A stretch of DNA of 64,000 bases from an uncultured Gammaproteobacteria bacterium. GTDB lineage: Bacteria; Pseudomonadota; Gammaproteobacteria; PS1; Pseudothioglobaceae. Made by a program: the position numbers and the translations under genes. This document shows positions 50,795 to 63,081 of this stretch, piece by piece. Under the pieces are notes generated by a model. That model had not been told where the DNA came from, did no database searches, and saw only the letters and a list, made by a program, of their open reading frames with translations. The stretch lies in contig CALBNC010000081.1 in assembly GCA_937896195.1 (NCBI GenBank), forward strand, positions 5,218 to 69,217, read 5' to 3'. Each line of letters begins with the position of its first letter. Position 1 is the stretch's first letter.

Positions 50795-51568
50795 CTAGGC
50801 CTTTCTCTCAAAGCAATAGCAAAAACTAGCGCCCAATAAAACAATAGCCCATGCTAAATAAATCCAAACCATAAGTAGCACTAATGCAGAAAGTGCGCCG
50901 TAGATGAGTTCATAAATTGGAAAATATTGTATGTAGATAAACATAGCATACTTAATAAGCTCCAATAATAAAGCTGCAATAATCCCCGCTTTGAGAGCGT
51001 TTATATATCTAATTTTCTCTAAAGGGACGACATAATACAAAATCGAAAAACCCACACTAGATAGGATTAGCGGCGTGAATATGGGCGCATAGTTGATCAT
51101 AGGTAGTTGATTGAAAATATCCGATGCAACCACATAAGAGCTTAGAAATATTGACGCAGCTAAAAATATTGGCCCCAAGAACAATACGAATAAATAAGAA
51201 ACAAGTCCTTTCATCCAATGACGATGATGCACATCATGCCAAATAAGATTGATACGTTTATCCACCTCGAACAGTAAAAGCATTACTGCAAAAATTAGAA
51301 ACCCGGAGCTAACACCTTTTAAAGATTGTGCTTGATTGATAAACTGCTGAATATACTCTTTAGCTACTCCATGGTTTTGAGGTAGAAGCTGAGTAAACAA
51401 AAATTGCTCTAGATACTGCTGTAGATCGTAAAAATATGGAGAAAATGAAAAAACACTCAAGCCTAATGCTAACCCTGGAACAAGGGCAAACAAACTACTA
51501 AACGACAGTATTGAAGCAGAATCAAAGCTTTCGCGCTTTACAAATCTTCTTAATACTGCTGTGATCAT
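50795..51568 (-). CDS. YihY/BrkB family inner membrane protein
   Basis: ASILSFSSLFALVP, YELIYGALSAL.LLMVWIYLAW. Confidence 0.88.
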   Translation of the reverse strand: MITAVLRRFVKRESFDSASILSFSSLFALVPGLALGLSVFSFSPYFYDLQQYLEQFLFTQLLPQNHGVAKEYIQQFINQAQSLKGVSSGFLIFAVMLLLFEVDKRINLIWHDVHHRHWMKGLVSYLFVLFLGPIFLAASIFLSSYVVASDIFNQLPMINYAPIFTPLILSSVGFSILYYVVPLEKIRYINALKAGIIAALLLELIKYAMFIYIQYFPIYELIYGALSALVLLMVWIYLAWAIVLLGASFCYCFERKA

Positions 51569-51572
51569 AGGC

Positions 51573-53159
51573 TTATTTTTGTGACTTTAGGTAATCCTCA
51601 TAGTTGCCAGAATAATAATGCATGCCATCTTCTTTCAACTCTACAACTTTGGTCGATAATGATGATACAAACTCCCTATCGTGACTGACAAAGATCAGTG
51701 TACCCTCATAATTTTCCAAAGCAAGGTTAAGTGCCTCAATGGACTCCATATCTAAGTGGTTAGTTGGCTCATCCATCACCAAAACATTTGGTTGCTGAAG
51801 CATTAGCTTACCAAATAACATTCTGCCCTTCTCACCACCTGATAGTGATTTAACACTTTTAATAATGTCATTTTTACCGAACAGCATTTTGCCAAGTACG
51901 CCGCGCATATCCTGCATATTTTGCTTCGGCTGTTTAAATTGTGCCATCCAATCAAGCACAGTCATATCTTCTTTAAAATCAGCGCTATTATCTTGAGCAT
52001 AATAACCAATATTGATATTTTCACTCCACTTGATCTTACCTTTGTCAGCTTTAATTTCACCAACTAGAGCGCGTAATAGTGTAGTTTTACCGACACCATT
52101 TTGACCAATAATAGCTACACGCTCTCCCACTTCAAATAAAAACTCAATATCCTTAAGAACATGAAGATCGCCGAAACTCTTATTCAAGCCTTCAACTTCT
52201 AGTACATTTCTATGAAGTTTATTTTCTTGATCAAAATAAATATAAGGGCTAACTCTAGAGGAGGGTTTAATATCATCAAGCTCAATCTTTTCAAGTTGCT
52301 TCTGACGTGATGTGGCTTGCTTAGCTTTAGAAGCATTTGATGAGAAACGAGACACAAAGTGTTTTAATTCTTTAATTTTAGCTTCTTTTTTAGAATTATC
52401 AGACTGCATTTTTTCCTGAATTGCAGTTGATGCAATCATGAACTGGTCATAGTTTCCTGGAAAAGTATTTAACGCGCCATAGTCCAAATCAGACATATGC
52501 GTACACACACCATTTAAGAAGTGTCTATCGTGCGAAATAATGACCATGGTTGCTTTACGCTCATTTAGTACATTAACCAACCAGCTAATTGAGTTAATAT
52601 CCAAGTTGTTGGTTGGCTCATCAAGTAGTAGAATTTCAGGATCAGAGAATAACGCCTGAGCCAGCAAGATTCGCATTTTCCAACCTGGCGAAATCTCACT
52701 CATTAGGCCATAATGCTGCTCTTCAGGGATATATAAACCCAACAACAGTTCACTAGCAGATGATTCAGCCATATAGCCACCCATCTCAGCAAACTCCATT
52801 TCAAGATGTGCAACCTTGGTACCGTCCGCTTCACTCATTTCTGGTAAGGCATAAATACGATCTCTTTCTTTTTTAACTTCCCAAAGCTTTTCATGGCCCA
52901 TGATAACTGTATCAACCACACGAAAATCTTCATAAGCAAACTGATCCTGGCGCAAAATACCAAGTCTTTCGCCTTCGCTGATACTCACCGTACCGTTGCT
53001 AGGCTTTAATTCACCCGTTAGAATTTTCATAAAAGTTGACTTTCCGCAACCATTTGCACCAATCAAGCCGTAGCGATTTCCGCCTTGAAATTTGACAGAA
53101 ATATTTTCAAAAAGTGGTTTTTCACCAAATTGCATGGTGATGTTGGCAGTAGAAATCAT
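51573..53159 (-). CDS. ybiT: ABC-F family ATPase (YbiT-like)
   Basis: Two NBDs ([18 protein letters not shown]), [16 protein letters not shown], no TM segments. Confidence 0.9.
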   Translation of the reverse strand: MISTANITMQFGEKPLFENISVKFQGGNRYGLIGANGCGKSTFMKILTGELKPSNGTVSISEGERLGILRQDQFAYEDFRVVDTVIMGHEKLWEVKKERDRIYALPEMSEADGTKVAHLEMEFAEMGGYMAESSASELLLGLYIPEEQHYGLMSEISPGWKMRILLAQALFSDPEILLLDEPTNNLDINSISWLVNVLNERKATMVIISHDRHFLNGVCTHMSDLDYGALNTFPGNYDQFMIASTAIQEKMQSDNSKKEAKIKELKHFVSRFSSNASKAKQATSRQKQLEKIELDDIKPSSRVSPYIYFDQENKLHRNVLEVEGLNKSFGDLHVLKDIEFLFEVGERVAIIGQNGVGKTTLLRALVGEIKADKGKIKWSENINIGYYAQDNSADFKEDMTVLDWMAQFKQPKQNMQDMRGVLGKMLFGKNDIIKSVKSLSGGEKGRMLFGKLMLQQPNVLVMDEPTNHLDMESIEALNLALENYEGTLIFVSHDREFVSSLSTKVVELKEDGMHYYSGNYEDYLKSQK

Positions 53160-53300
53160 AGGTATAGGACTATTTTTTGAAAATAAACTATTATCCCATA
53201 ATCAAAATAAAAAACTAAGATAAATATAGGAATTATTAGAGTTATTAAGACACCTTTCGAGGGTTAAAATAACTATGAATTTACCACCTATATTCTCCAA

Positions 53301-54446
53301 ATGTTTGAAAAAACTGGACAACTACCTGATAAACATTTAGCCGTCGCTATTCTCGCATTGTTAGCTTTTGGCTGGATAATGTCATTTTCTGCTACATTAG
53401 GGCATTTTGATAACTACAGCTACTTTTTCAAGCAAAGTATCTATATTTCAATCGGATTAATGTTGGCTTTTACTTGTTTAAAAATTCCTTTATATTTTTT
53501 TAAAAAGCATGCCAAATGGTTCTTTATCTTTACTCTAGTTTGTTTAGCATTGGTTTTCCTGCCAGAGCCTATTGGTAGATCTGCTAATGGCTCAACACGC
53601 TGGATTAATTTTATATTTTTTACATTTCAACCTTCTGAAATGATGAAAATTACCATGATTTTATACATGGCTGATTTTCTTGTTAGGCAGGAAAAGGATG
53701 TTAAAAAACCTTGGATGGGATTAGTAAAAACACTTATTATTATCTTTTCAGCTGATGTATTGATTTTATTAGAAATGGATCTGGGTGCTACTATCATTAT
53801 TTCCTTAACAGCACTTGTTATGCTATTTGCAGCAGGTGTTTATCTTGCACAACTAACCTTTGTTAGTAGTAGCTTATTTAGTATAGTTGGCATTTGGCTC
53901 TATGTTGACGGCTTAAATGGTGGTGTTCGCTGGCAAAGACTTACACAGTTTTGGCAAACAGACTTATGGGTTAATAATAGTGAAAAAGTTTACCAAACTA
54001 AGCAGGCTTTAATCGGCATTGCCAGAGGCGATTGGACAGGCGTTGGACTGGGTAATGGCATTCAAAAATACACCAAATTACCCGAGCCACATACCGATAT
54101 GATTTTTTCTATTATTGGCGAGGAAACAGGTATTATCGGTATGCTATTTGTCATTTTTACCTTTGGTTTTATTATGCTTAAAGGTTTTAAGATTGCCAAA
54201 GGTGCACTAAAACAAAAACGTAAATACAGCTCTTATGTCGGCTTTGGTATTTGCACTTGGCTATCATTGCAGTTTAGTGTTAATATCGCGATGAATCTAG
54301 GCTTAATTCCTCCCAAAGGCTTCTCATTACCTTTGATTAGCTATGGGGGATCTAGTATGATTTTTGTATTGATTGCTCTTGGCATTCTACTTAGAATAGA
54401 TATGGAAAATCGCTGTGAATATTCCAAACAGAAAAATTATGTCTGA
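53301..54446 (+). CDS. ftsW: Peptidoglycan glycosyltransferase FtsW
   Basis: [44 protein letters not shown]; adjacent to murG. Confidence 0.88.
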   Translation: MFEKTGQLPDKHLAVAILALLAFGWIMSFSATLGHFDNYSYFFKQSIYISIGLMLAFTCLKIPLYFFKKHAKWFFIFTLVCLALVFLPEPIGRSANGSTRWINFIFFTFQPSEMMKITMILYMADFLVRQEKDVKKPWMGLVKTLIIIFSADVLILLEMDLGATIIISLTALVMLFAAGVYLAQLTFVSSSLFSIVGIWLYVDGLNGGVRWQRLTQFWQTDLWVNNSEKVYQTKQALIGIARGDWTGVGLGNGIQKYTKLPEPHTDMIFSIIGEETGIIGMLFVIFTFGFIMLKGFKIAKGALKQKRKYSSYVGFGICTWLSLQFSVNIAMNLGLIPPKGFSLPLISYGGSSMIFVLIALGILLRIDMENRCEYSKQKNYV

Positions 54447-55461
54447 TAAAAGAATTCTCATTATGGCGGGTGGAACTGGTGGGCATATATTTCCGGCTTT
54501 AGCCATTGCCAGTGAACTCAAAAAACATCACTGTCAAATTGAGTGGCTTGGCTCTAAAAAAGGCATGGAAAATGACATCGTTCCTAAAAATAATTTCAAA
54601 TTACACGCGGTGAGTGCAGTGGGCTTAAGAGGTAAGAGTCTTACTAGCTTAATCAAGGCACCTTTTTTGCTAGCCTTGGCTACTTTTCAAGTTATTAAAG
54701 TATTTATTAAAACGAAACCTGATGCTGCTCTAGGTATGGGCGGTTTTGCTTCTGGCATTGGTGGCATGATTGCTTGGATTTTTAGAGTGCCTTTATTTAT
54801 TCATGAGCAAAACTCCATTCCTGGCACCACAAACAAAATACTCTCTAAGTTTGCCACCCAAACATTTCAAGCATTTGATGGCGCCTTTGACGCCTCTATT
54901 CAAGCTACTACTGTTGGCAATCCGGTTGCTTTTAAAGTTAACAAATCTAATATCAAGAATAAAAAATTAAACCTATTAATTATTGGTGGTAGTCTTGGCT
55001 CAAAACCAATTAATGAAGTAGTGACACAATTAAACATTCCTATTAATGTCTGGCATCAAACGGGAAAACTACACTTTAATTATGTCCAGTCTCAATATCA
55101 ACAAAAATCAGCCAAAGTGACAGCTTTTATTGATGATATGGCTAAGGCCTATGCTTGGGCTGATGTTGTATTATGTCGAGCAGGTGCAATGACAGTTTCA
55201 GAACTAATGCTGAATGCCAAGCCCAGTATTTTAATTCCACTTCCACATGCAATTGACAATCATCAATTTTATAACGCAAAAATTCTTGCCGACAATAATG
55301 CTGGAATATTAATTGAACAAAAAGATTTAACTCTTCCCATGCTTGAAAAAGTTCTACTCAACTTAGACACCTCAAAATTAAGCCTTATGTCTGATAATGC
55401 GCACAAGCTTGCCAAACCTAACGCAGCTTCAGATATAGCTAATCGATTACTGAGTGCATAA
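54439..55461 (+). CDS. murG: Undecaprenyldiphospho-MurNAc-pentapeptide GlcNAc transferase
   Basis: [41 protein letters not shown]. Confidence 0.96.
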   Translation: MSDKRILIMAGGTGGHIFPALAIASELKKHHCQIEWLGSKKGMENDIVPKNNFKLHAVSAVGLRGKSLTSLIKAPFLLALATFQVIKVFIKTKPDAALGMGGFASGIGGMIAWIFRVPLFIHEQNSIPGTTNKILSKFATQTFQAFDGAFDASIQATTVGNPVAFKVNKSNIKNKKLNLLIIGGSLGSKPINEVVTQLNIPINVWHQTGKLHFNYVQSQYQQKSAKVTAFIDDMAKAYAWADVVLCRAGAMTVSELMLNAKPSILIPLPHAIDNHQFYNAKILADNNAGILIEQKDLTLPMLEKVLLNLDTSKLSLMSDNAHKLAKPNAASDIANRLLSA

Positions 55462-55462
55462 A

Positions 55463-55484
55463 AAAGCCGCATTAAAGCGGCTTT
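55463..55484. terminator. Terminator between murG and the convergent hypothetical gene
   Basis: AAAGCCGC-ATTAAA-GCGGCTTT. Confidence 0.7.
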
Positions 55485-55505
55485 AGTTTGACTTGACTTA
55501 ATGTA

Positions 55506-55910
55506 TTACTTCCATTCGGTACAAGTGATCACCTCACTGGTATTACCAAATCGATCTGATTTTTTATTAGTAATACAGCGCCTTTCAAGGGCCTTAGCCG
55601 GTACTTTGATAAACCGATCAACATAAACCACCTTCTCAACCACAACCTCTTTGATAGGGTTGCTATCATTGCAAATGTCCTGCTTAATTGATTCTAGTTT
55701 TTGCTTTGCCTTTAGATGTTGATCATTTGACCATTTTTTTGCATCACTAGGTAAATTTGATAAAGCGCCAATACTAGAATCCACCACACCTCCCAAGCAA
55801 CTGCCTAAATGCTCAAGGTTGTCATATCCAACTGTACAGTTTTTAGATTCAGCCGCTGCATTAAAGGTTAAAGTTACGAATGTTAATACGATTAAAAGTT
55901 GTTTTTTCAT
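55506..55910 (-). CDS. Exported hypothetical protein with 5 Cys
   Basis: Signal MKKQLLIVLTFVTLTFNAAA; no recognised domain. Confidence 0.65.
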   Translation of the reverse strand: MKKQLLIVLTFVTLTFNAAAESKNCTVGYDNLEHLGSCLGGVVDSSIGALSNLPSDAKKWSNDQHLKAKQKLESIKQDICNDSNPIKEVVVEKVVYVDRFIKVPAKALERRCITNKKSDRFGNTSEVITCTEWK

Positions 55911-55927
55911 TTTTATTTTATAGATTG

Positions 55928-56884
55928 TTAGTTTGTTAAATGGCTCATATTTAAGCCTAGCTTTTTAAATAAAGCCTTGTCACTACCTGTATCTGGATTA
56001 TCTGTTGTAAGCAGTTGCTCCCCGTAAAAAATAGAATTAGCGCCTGCAAAGAAACACAATGCTTGCATCGCCTCACCCATTTCTGTTCGCCCTGCTGACA
56101 ATCGCACTACAGACTTAGGCATCATAATTCGAGCTACTGCAATTGCCCTAATAAATTCACTTTCAGTAGGTGGCTCGATTTTCTCAAATGGCGTACCAGG
56201 AATAGGCACTAATAGATTGATAGGAACACTCTCAGGGTGAGACTCAAGATTAGCTAAAGATCTCAACATAGAGGCTCTGTCTGTTTGGCCTTCTCCCAAA
56301 CCTAAGATGCCACCACTACAAACATTAATATCAGCATTTTTAACTGATTCAAGCGTATCAAGGCGATCTTGGAAACTACGCGTGGTAATAACGTTAGGAT
56401 AGTTTTCCTTTGATGTATCTAGATTGTGATTGTAATAATCAAGCCCAGCTTCTTTTAATGTAAATGCTTGATCTTGGGTCAACATACCTAGCGTCACACA
56501 AGTCTCCATACCCATGGCTTTGACACCTTGAATCATTGGAATAACCTTATCAAGACTTTTATCTGTTGGATTTCGCCAAGCAGCACCCATACAAAAACGA
56601 GTAGCACCCTGGTCTTTTGCAGTTTGTGCTTGTTCTAAAACCAATTCAATTTCCATCAGTTTTTCACGTTCAAGCCCTGTGTCATATTTAGAGCTTTGAG
56701 AACAATAAGAGCAATCCTCTGGACAAGCGCCTGTTTTAATATTAAGCAAAGAACTCACTTGCACATAATTAGGATCGAAATTATCTCTGTGAATAGTATG
56801 TGCTTTGAATAGTAAATCGTTAAATGGCAAATCAAATAGATTTTGGATTTCATCCATTTGCCAATCGTTTCTTAATTGTGTCAT
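55928..56884 (-). CDS. bioB: Biotin synthase
   Basis: Radical [38 protein letters not shown]. Confidence 0.97.
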   Translation of the reverse strand: MTQLRNDWQMDEIQNLFDLPFNDLLFKAHTIHRDNFDPNYVQVSSLLNIKTGACPEDCSYCSQSSKYDTGLEREKLMEIELVLEQAQTAKDQGATRFCMGAAWRNPTDKSLDKVIPMIQGVKAMGMETCVTLGMLTQDQAFTLKEAGLDYYNHNLDTSKENYPNVITTRSFQDRLDTLESVKNADINVCSGGILGLGEGQTDRASMLRSLANLESHPESVPINLLVPIPGTPFEKIEPPTESEFIRAIAVARIMMPKSVVRLSAGRTEMGEAMQALCFFAGANSIFYGEQLLTTDNPDTGSDKALFKKLGLNMSHLTN

Positions 56885-56945
56885 GAGAATTTATTTTTAA
56901 AAATAAGTAGTGTTATTTTAACTTAATCAATTTGCTAGGGACATT

Positions 56946-56977
56946 AAAAAACCGTGCAATTGCACGGCTTTTTTTTT
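56946..56977 (-). terminator. Terminator after glnA
   Basis: AAAAAACCGTGCA-AT-TGCACGGCTTTTTTTTT. Confidence 0.75.
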
Positions 56978-56999
56978 AGTACTTAAGTCGCTAAACTAA

Positions 57000-58415
57000 T
57001 TAACAGCTATAGTACATATCAAACTCAACAGGATGTGGAGAAGCACGTAACGCTGTCACTTCTTTCATCTTTAATTCGATGAATGAATCAATAACGTTAT
57101 CAGTAAATACACCGCCTGCTTTTAAGAATTCACGATCTTTATCAAGTGCATTTAATGCTTGATCTAAAGAACTACAAACTTTAGGAATCAAAGCCTTCTG
57201 TTTCTCAGATAGTTCATATAAGTCTTCATCACCCGGTTTGCCTGGATCAATCTTATTCTTAATACCATCAAGGCCGGCCATTAACATAGAAGCAAAAGCT
57301 AAGTAAGGGTTGGCTGTTGGATCTGGGAATCTAACTTCAATGCGACGACCTTTTGGATTAGATACAAAAGGAATACGAATCGCAGCAGAACGGTTTTTAG
57401 CTGAGTAAGCTAACATTTCTGGCGCTTCAAAACCTGGCACTAGACGCTTGTAAGAGTTAGTTGAAGAGTTAGTAAATGCATTCAAAGCTTGAGCATGCTT
57501 AATAATACCACCAATGTAATAAAGAGCTGTTTGGCTTAATTGTCCGTACTCGTCGCCATTAAATGTATTTTTACCATCTTTAAAAATTGACTGATGAACA
57601 TGCATACCATTGCCATTATCTACTGCAATTGGCTTAGGCATAAAGGTTGCAGTTTTGCCATATAAATGTGCAACATTATGAACACAGTACTTAAGAATTT
57701 GTGTTTCATCAGCTTTTTTAACCATCGTGTTGAATAGCGCACCAATTTCACATTGACCTGCTGTACCAACTTCATGGTGATGTACTTCAGTTGTAACACC
57801 CATCTCTTCTATAGCTAAACACATTTGCGAACGTAGATCATGTAATGAATCTACTGGAGGAACTGGAAAGTAACCGCCTTTAATTCTTGGACGGTGCCCT
57901 TTGTTTCCACCATCAAGATCAGAACCAGACTCCCAGTCCGCTTCCTCAGAATGAATTTCGTAAAACGCTTTTCCAAGACCAAATCCTGTGTCCCACTTAA
58001 CGCTGTCAAATACAAAGAATTCAGGCTCATTACCAAAATATGCCGTATCACCAATTCCTGTTTCGCCTAGGTAAGCTTCAGCACGCTTTGCAATAGAACG
58101 AGGATCTTTCTCGTAGCCTTTCATATCATTCGATTCGATAATATCACACGTCATATTTAGCGTTGATATTTCAGTGAACGGGTCCATAATAGCTGTAGAC
58201 GTATCTGGCTTCATAATCATGTCAGATTCATTAATTGGCTTCCATCCTGCGATTGAAGAGCCATCAAACATTTGACCTTCTTCTAATTTATCAGCATCGA
58301 TCGTGTGCGCCGGAACGCTTACGTGGTGCTCTTTACCTATAGTATCGGTAAAACGAAAATCAACAAACTTAACGTCGTTGTCTTCTATCATCTTCATTAC
58401 ATCTTGTACAGACAT
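57000..58415 (-). CDS. glnA: Glutamine synthetase type I
   Basis: [26 protein letters not shown]...[27 protein letters not shown]. Confidence 0.98.
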   Translation of the reverse strand: MSVQDVMKMIEDNDVKFVDFRFTDTIGKEHHVSVPAHTIDADKLEEGQMFDGSSIAGWKPINESDMIMKPDTSTAIMDPFTEISTLNMTCDIIESNDMKGYEKDPRSIAKRAEAYLGETGIGDTAYFGNEPEFFVFDSVKWDTGFGLGKAFYEIHSEEADWESGSDLDGGNKGHRPRIKGGYFPVPPVDSLHDLRSQMCLAIEEMGVTTEVHHHEVGTAGQCEIGALFNTMVKKADETQILKYCVHNVAHLYGKTATFMPKPIAVDNGNGMHVHQSIFKDGKNTFNGDEYGQLSQTALYYIGGIIKHAQALNAFTNSSTNSYKRLVPGFEAPEMLAYSAKNRSAAIRIPFVSNPKGRRIEVRFPDPTANPYLAFASMLMAGLDGIKNKIDPGKPGDEDLYELSEKQKALIPKVCSSLDQALNALDKDREFLKAGGVFTDNVIDSFIELKMKEVTALRASPHPVEFDMYYSC

Positions 58416-58536
58416 GTTTTCTCCTTGAGTTTAACAATTTTTATTAACTGACATTCTTTGTCAAGCAACTTGCGCCGTTACAAGTATAATTTTTTGTGTA
58501 TTTAACTATTTTTTATAGCAAAAACAGCGAATTATT

Positions 58537-58761
58537 CTACCCTATTTTCTCAACTAGAAGAATAAACTCACTATCTTTTTCTTGAATTTCTAACACTTTA
58601 TGTCCATGAACATTACACCAAGCGGGGATATCATGAAGTACGCCTGGGTCAGTTGCCAGCATTTCAATGGTGTCGCCAACAGCTACTTTTTCAATCATTT
58701 CACCTAGACGAATAACCGGCATTGGGCACAATAATCTTTTTACATCAATTTGCGTTTTCAT
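58537..58761 (-). CDS. tusA: Sulfur carrier TusA family protein
   Basis: IDVKRLLCPMPV, ATDPG. Confidence 0.85.
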   Translation of the reverse strand: MKTQIDVKRLLCPMPVIRLGEMIEKVAVGDTIEMLATDPGVLHDIPAWCNVHGHKVLEIQEKDSEFILLVEKIG

Positions 58762-58765
58762 TTTG

Positions 58766-59686
58766 TTAAGCGCTCCCTTTGGCGTTATTAATCCAGTCGT
58801 ATGGCTTTAAAAATTTCACATAAAGCTGAGCTTCAGGTGAATTTGGCTCAGGCTCATATTGATACTCCCAGCGTACTAAAGGTGGTAAAGACATCAAAAT
58901 TGACTCCGTTCTTCCACCTGTTTGCAAGCCAAATAAAGTGCCTCGGTCATAAACCAAATTAAATTCAACATAGCGTCCTCGACGATAGAGTTGAAACTGA
59001 CGTTCATGGTCTGTAAACGGCGTATCTTTACGTTTTTCAATAATGGGTCTATAGGCTTTAATATAGCTATCACCCACGCTACGTACAAAAGCAAAACATT
59101 GATCAAAACCACCTTCGTTTAAATCATCAAAAAATAAACCACCAATCCCACGCTGTTCATCACGATGCTTCATATAGAAATAATCATCACACCATTTTTT
59201 GTATTTTGGATACACTTCTTTACCAAAAGGATCGCAAGCATTTTTAGCAGTTTGATGCCAAAAAACTGCGTCTTCATCAAACCCATAATAAGGGGTTAAA
59301 TCAAAGCCGCCACCAAACCACCAAATCGGATCTTCGCCGTCTTTTTCAGCAATAAAAAAGCGCACGTTAGCATGTGAAGTTGGCGCATAAGGATTATTAG
59401 GATGTATCACCAATGACACGCCTAACGCAGTAAAACTGCGCCCTGCTAGTTCCGGTCTAAGTGCAGTTGCGGATGCAGGCATATTATCACCATGAACAAT
59501 GGAGAAGTTAACCCCTGCTTGCTCAAAAGCACTACCTTTTGTTAGTACTCGCGTTAGCCCATTACCAGCGCCATTTGGCTTTTCCCATTCATCTTTAATG
59601 AAAGTTGCCTGGCCATCGACTTGTTCTAGCTGGGTACAAATATCTGCTTGTAATGATAATAAATATTGCTTAATCTGGTCGATCAT
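58766..59686 (-). CDS. hemF: Oxygen-dependent coproporphyrinogen III oxidase
   Basis: [44 protein letters not shown]. Confidence 0.97.
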   Translation of the reverse strand: MIDQIKQYLLSLQADICTQLEQVDGQATFIKDEWEKPNGAGNGLTRVLTKGSAFEQAGVNFSIVHGDNMPASATALRPELAGRSFTALGVSLVIHPNNPYAPTSHANVRFFIAEKDGEDPIWWFGGGFDLTPYYGFDEDAVFWHQTAKNACDPFGKEVYPKYKKWCDDYFYMKHRDEQRGIGGLFFDDLNEGGFDQCFAFVRSVGDSYIKAYRPIIEKRKDTPFTDHERQFQLYRRGRYVEFNLVYDRGTLFGLQTGGRTESILMSLPPLVRWEYQYEPEPNSPEAQLYVKFLKPYDWINNAKGSA

Positions 59687-60222
59687 CTCAATCTTTCTCC
59701 AGTTTGTAAATTGATAATACTTGAAGGGCTATTCTCAGCTTTATTGGGCGCTATTATATAGTCTAATTGATCTTTAAAATATATGCGTAATTCCAGTGTG
59801 GTTTTGGCCGTTTTTAAGCCAGAAATATTGGCACTGGTTGAAACCAAAGCACTCTGGGTGTACTTACATATATCCATGATTAATGGATTAGTGGTAAGTC
59901 TAATGGCGATTGTATCATGCCCACCTAGTAAAATTTGAGGCGCAGTATCACTTGCTTTTAATAAGTAGGTAATCGGGTCTTTAATCGTACTGGTTAATTG
60001 AGTGAGTAGAGATATATCCTCAACATAATCTTGAAAATAAGCCGGATCACTGGCCAGTAAGATTAACCCCTTTTCAACAGAGCGTTTCTTAAGATCGATC
60101 AATTTTTGCAAAGATGCATCAAATCTGGGTAGACAACTCAATCCTTGGATGGTGTCCGTTGGTATGCTAATAATTCCACCATCATTTAAAACGTTAACTG
60201 CTATTCTAGTTTTAATGTTCAT
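59683..60222 (-). CDS. tsaC: Threonylcarbamoyl-AMP synthase (TsaC/YrdC)
   Basis: [29 protein letters not shown]. Confidence 0.88.
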   Translation of the reverse strand: MNIKTRIAVNVLNDGGIISIPTDTIQGLSCLPRFDASLQKLIDLKKRSVEKGLILLASDPAYFQDYVEDISLLTQLTSTIKDPITYLLKASDTAPQILLGGHDTIAIRLTTNPLIMDICKYTQSALVSTSANISGLKTAKTTLELRIYFKDQLDYIIAPNKAENSPSSIINLQTGERLR

Positions 60223-61088
60223 GACTTTTTAGCCCTTGGGTGGCAGCGGTCATAGACCTGGGATAATTCTAAAAAATCTAGATGTGTATACACTTGGGTA
60301 GATTTAATACTAGCATGGCCAAGAAACTCTTGTGTAGAGCGCAGATCATGGCTTGATTGCAAAAAGTGTGTTGCCGCTGCATGGCGTAACATGTGCGGAT
60401 AAACGTTAATTTTAATGCCAGAATCCAATGCTCGTTTTTTAATCATGTTTTGTATTGATCTCACACCAATCCTGTCGCCATTTTTATTCACAAAAAGTGC
60501 GTTTGAATGATGTGTTTCTAAATGCTTAATAATTGCCTCTTGTGCTGAACCGCCCAATGGCGTGTGCCTGGTTTTACCGCCCTTACCTAAAACGGTTAAA
60601 AATCCTTGGGATATATCCACATCTACTACATTTAAACCGGCCAATTCAGAAACTCGCAAACCACAAGAATAAATAGTCTCAATAATTGCCACATCTCGGC
60701 TCTCAAATCGAGAGGTTCTTTTTGTCTTTAATATTTGCAATACTTGCTCGTAATTTAATATGCCTGGCAAGGTTTGAGAAATTTTTGGCGTCCGTAGTTG
60801 AACCGCGCAGTTAGCTTTCAATTGATCTTGATTAACTAAATAAGTCAACATGCCTTTAATAGAAGACAGATAGCGACGAATACTTCTAGCTGAGATATTT
60901 TTATGGCGCAACTGCATAATAAACAAATTAAGTGTTTGCGCATTAAGCGCTGCCCAGCTTGATACATCTTGAGTTTTTAAAAAATTAAGTAATTGATTTA
61001 AATCGCGTTCATACGCCTTTTGAGTATTAAGCGCGTAATGTCGCTCTACTTTTAAATACAAAATAAAATCTATTATTTGCTTTTTCAC
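60219..61088 (-). CDS. xerC: Tyrosine recombinase XerC
   Basis: YSCGLRVSEL, GKGGKTR, HMLRHAAATHFLQSSHDLRSTQEFLGH, TQVYTHLDF. Confidence 0.88.
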   Translation of the reverse strand: MKKQIIDFILYLKVERHYALNTQKAYERDLNQLLNFLKTQDVSSWAALNAQTLNLFIMQLRHKNISARSIRRYLSSIKGMLTYLVNQDQLKANCAVQLRTPKISQTLPGILNYEQVLQILKTKRTSRFESRDVAIIETIYSCGLRVSELAGLNVVDVDISQGFLTVLGKGGKTRHTPLGGSAQEAIIKHLETHHSNALFVNKNGDRIGVRSIQNMIKKRALDSGIKINVYPHMLRHAAATHFLQSSHDLRSTQEFLGHASIKSTQVYTHLDFLELSQVYDRCHPRAKKS

Positions 61089-61113
61089 TTGAATTTTGCT
61101 AGCTTGACCATAT
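61088..61113 (+). promoter_or_regulatory. Probable sigma32 heat-shock promoter of htpG
   Basis: CTTGAA-N13-ACCATAT versus consensus CTTGAA-N13/14-CCCCATNT. Confidence 0.65.
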
Positions 61114-61151
61114 CAATACATTTTACGCATAATAATAAAGGCTACCAGCAA

Positions 61152-63005
61152 ATGACTACTAAACAGACGCACTCGTTCCAAACAGAGGTTTCTCAACTCC
61201 TACACTTAATGATTCACTCTTTGTACTCCAACAAGGAAATATTCTTACGAGAGCTGGTATCAAACGCCTCAGATGCGGTTGACAAGCTTAAATTCGAATC
61301 TTTATCAAACGATGCTTTGGTTGAAGGCAAAGAAGTTCTTCAGGTTCACATTGATGTAGACAAAGATGCAGGCACTATTACAATTACTGACAACGGTATT
61401 GGTATGACAGAAACTGAGGTCATGGAAAATATTGGCACTATTGCCAACTCAGGCACTAAAAAATTCCTAGAAAGTCTAGATGAAAAGCAAGCTGAAAATT
61501 CAAACCTAATCGGCCAATTTGGTGTGGGTTTTTACGCTGCATTTATTGTGGCAGATGAGGTTGTTTTAACTACTAGAAAAGCTGGTGATGATAAATCAAA
61601 CGGCACTATTTGGACCTCTAAAGGTGAAGGTGAGTATTCATTAGAAACTGCAGCAGTAGAAGACTTTGGTACCAAAATCACATTACACATTAAAAAAGAA
61701 GAAAAAGAATTTTTAGATGCTTATCGTTTGCGCGGTATTATCTCTAAGTACTCTGATCATATTACAGTACCTATCATGATGATCAAACCAGCTGAAGAAG
61801 ACTCTGACGCCATTGAATATGAAATGGTCAACAAGGCCAATGCATTTTGGACACAAGACAAACGCAGCCTTAAACAAGAAGATTACGATGAATTTTATAA
61901 GTCATTGACTTATGATTTCGCTGCACCACTTGCACAACTTCACAACCGAGTTGAAGGTAAGCTAGACTACACCTCATTATTATTTATCCCATCAAAAGCA
62001 CCTTTTGATATGTGGGAGCCAAAACGCAAAGGTGGTATTAAGTTATATGCTAAACGCGTTTTCATCATGGAAGACAATGAAGCATTAATGCCAATGTACT
62101 TACGCTTTATTAAAGGTGTTATTGATACAGCTGATTTATCGTTAAATGTTTCTCGTGAGATCCTACAAGGCAATAAAGTGGTTGATACCATTCGTAAAGC
62201 TTCGGTTAGCAGAATCCTTAAAGAGCTTGAAAAAATGGCTAAAAATAAGCCAGAAAAATATACTGCTTTTTGGAAAGAGTTTGGCATGGTAATGAAAGAA
62301 GGTGTCGTTGAAGATCCGGCTAACAAAGACAAAATTGCAAGCTTATTACGCTTTGCTACTACCAAAGGTGATAGTGAAGATCAAACTGTATCTTTGGCTG
62401 ATTACATTGCGCGTATGGATGCCGAACAAAAAGACATCTACTACGTAACAGCGGAAACTTTTGGCGCAGCTAAAGGCTCTCCACATTTAGAAATCTTCAA
62501 AGAAAAAGACATTGAAGTCTTACTATTATCTGACCGTGTTGACGAATGGATGGTTAGTAACTTTACTGAATTTGAAGGAAAAACTCTTAAGTCTGTTGCC
62601 AAAGGTGATTTACAAGATTTAGACTCTACAGAAGAAAAGAAAGAAAAAGAAAAAACTGCTAAAGGTTTTAAAAAGACCTTAGAAGAAATGCAAAAGATTC
62701 TTGAAAATAAAGTTAAAGAAGTCAAGATTTCTAATCGCCTTAGCGAGTCCCCCTCTTGTTTAGTAGCTGATGAAAATGAAATGGGCGGCAATATGGAAAG
62801 AATTATGGCATCATTAGGTCAAGACGTGCCAGAGACCAAGCCTATTCTTGAAATCAACCCAACTCATCCTTTAGTCAAAAAACTAAAAACCAAGGTTGAT
62901 GAAGATTTGGTGAATATTTTGTTTGATCAGGCGGTTTTATCAGAAGGCGGACAGCTTAAAGACCCGGCTGAGTTTGTTAAGCGTATGAATAAACTGATTA
63001 AGTAA
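61152..63005 (+). CDS. htpG: Molecular chaperone HtpG (Hsp90)
   Basis: FQTEVSQLLHLMIHSLYSNKEIFLRELVSNASDA, IGQFGVGFY, LNVSREILQ; start MTTKQ. Confidence 0.97.
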   Translation: MTTKQTHSFQTEVSQLLHLMIHSLYSNKEIFLRELVSNASDAVDKLKFESLSNDALVEGKEVLQVHIDVDKDAGTITITDNGIGMTETEVMENIGTIANSGTKKFLESLDEKQAENSNLIGQFGVGFYAAFIVADEVVLTTRKAGDDKSNGTIWTSKGEGEYSLETAAVEDFGTKITLHIKKEEKEFLDAYRLRGIISKYSDHITVPIMMIKPAEEDSDAIEYEMVNKANAFWTQDKRSLKQEDYDEFYKSLTYDFAAPLAQLHNRVEGKLDYTSLLFIPSKAPFDMWEPKRKGGIKLYAKRVFIMEDNEALMPMYLRFIKGVIDTADLSLNVSREILQGNKVVDTIRKASVSRILKELEKMAKNKPEKYTAFWKEFGMVMKEGVVEDPANKDKIASLLRFATTKGDSEDQTVSLADYIARMDAEQKDIYYVTAETFGAAKGSPHLEIFKEKDIEVLLLSDRVDEWMVSNFTEFEGKTLKSVAKGDLQDLDSTEEKKEKEKTAKGFKKTLEEMQKILENKVKEVKISNRLSESPSCLVADENEMGGNMERIMASLGQDVPETKPILEINPTHPLVKKLKTKVDEDLVNILFDQAVLSEGGQLKDPAEFVKRMNKLIK

Positions 63006-63025
63006 CCCAACTGATTTGTTTGATT

Positions 63026-63053
63026 AAAAAAGCCCGATTATTCGGGCTTTTTT
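63026..63053. terminator. Bidirectional terminator between htpG and the DUF711 gene
   Basis: AAAAAAGCCCGA-TTAT-TCGGGCTTTTTT. Confidence 0.88.
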
Positions 63054-63081
63054 ACGTCTAATAAAAACTATCGCACACAGC

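Noticed and set aside
58460-58480. sigma54 promoter for glnA (GGCGCAAGTTGC on the minus strand)
   Set aside because: GG-to-GC spacing is 8 nt, not the required 10
60219-61088. Tyrosine recombinase as a prophage or island integrase
   Set aside because: Size and motifs fit chromosomal XerC, embedded in a housekeeping run with tsaC-hemF-tusA
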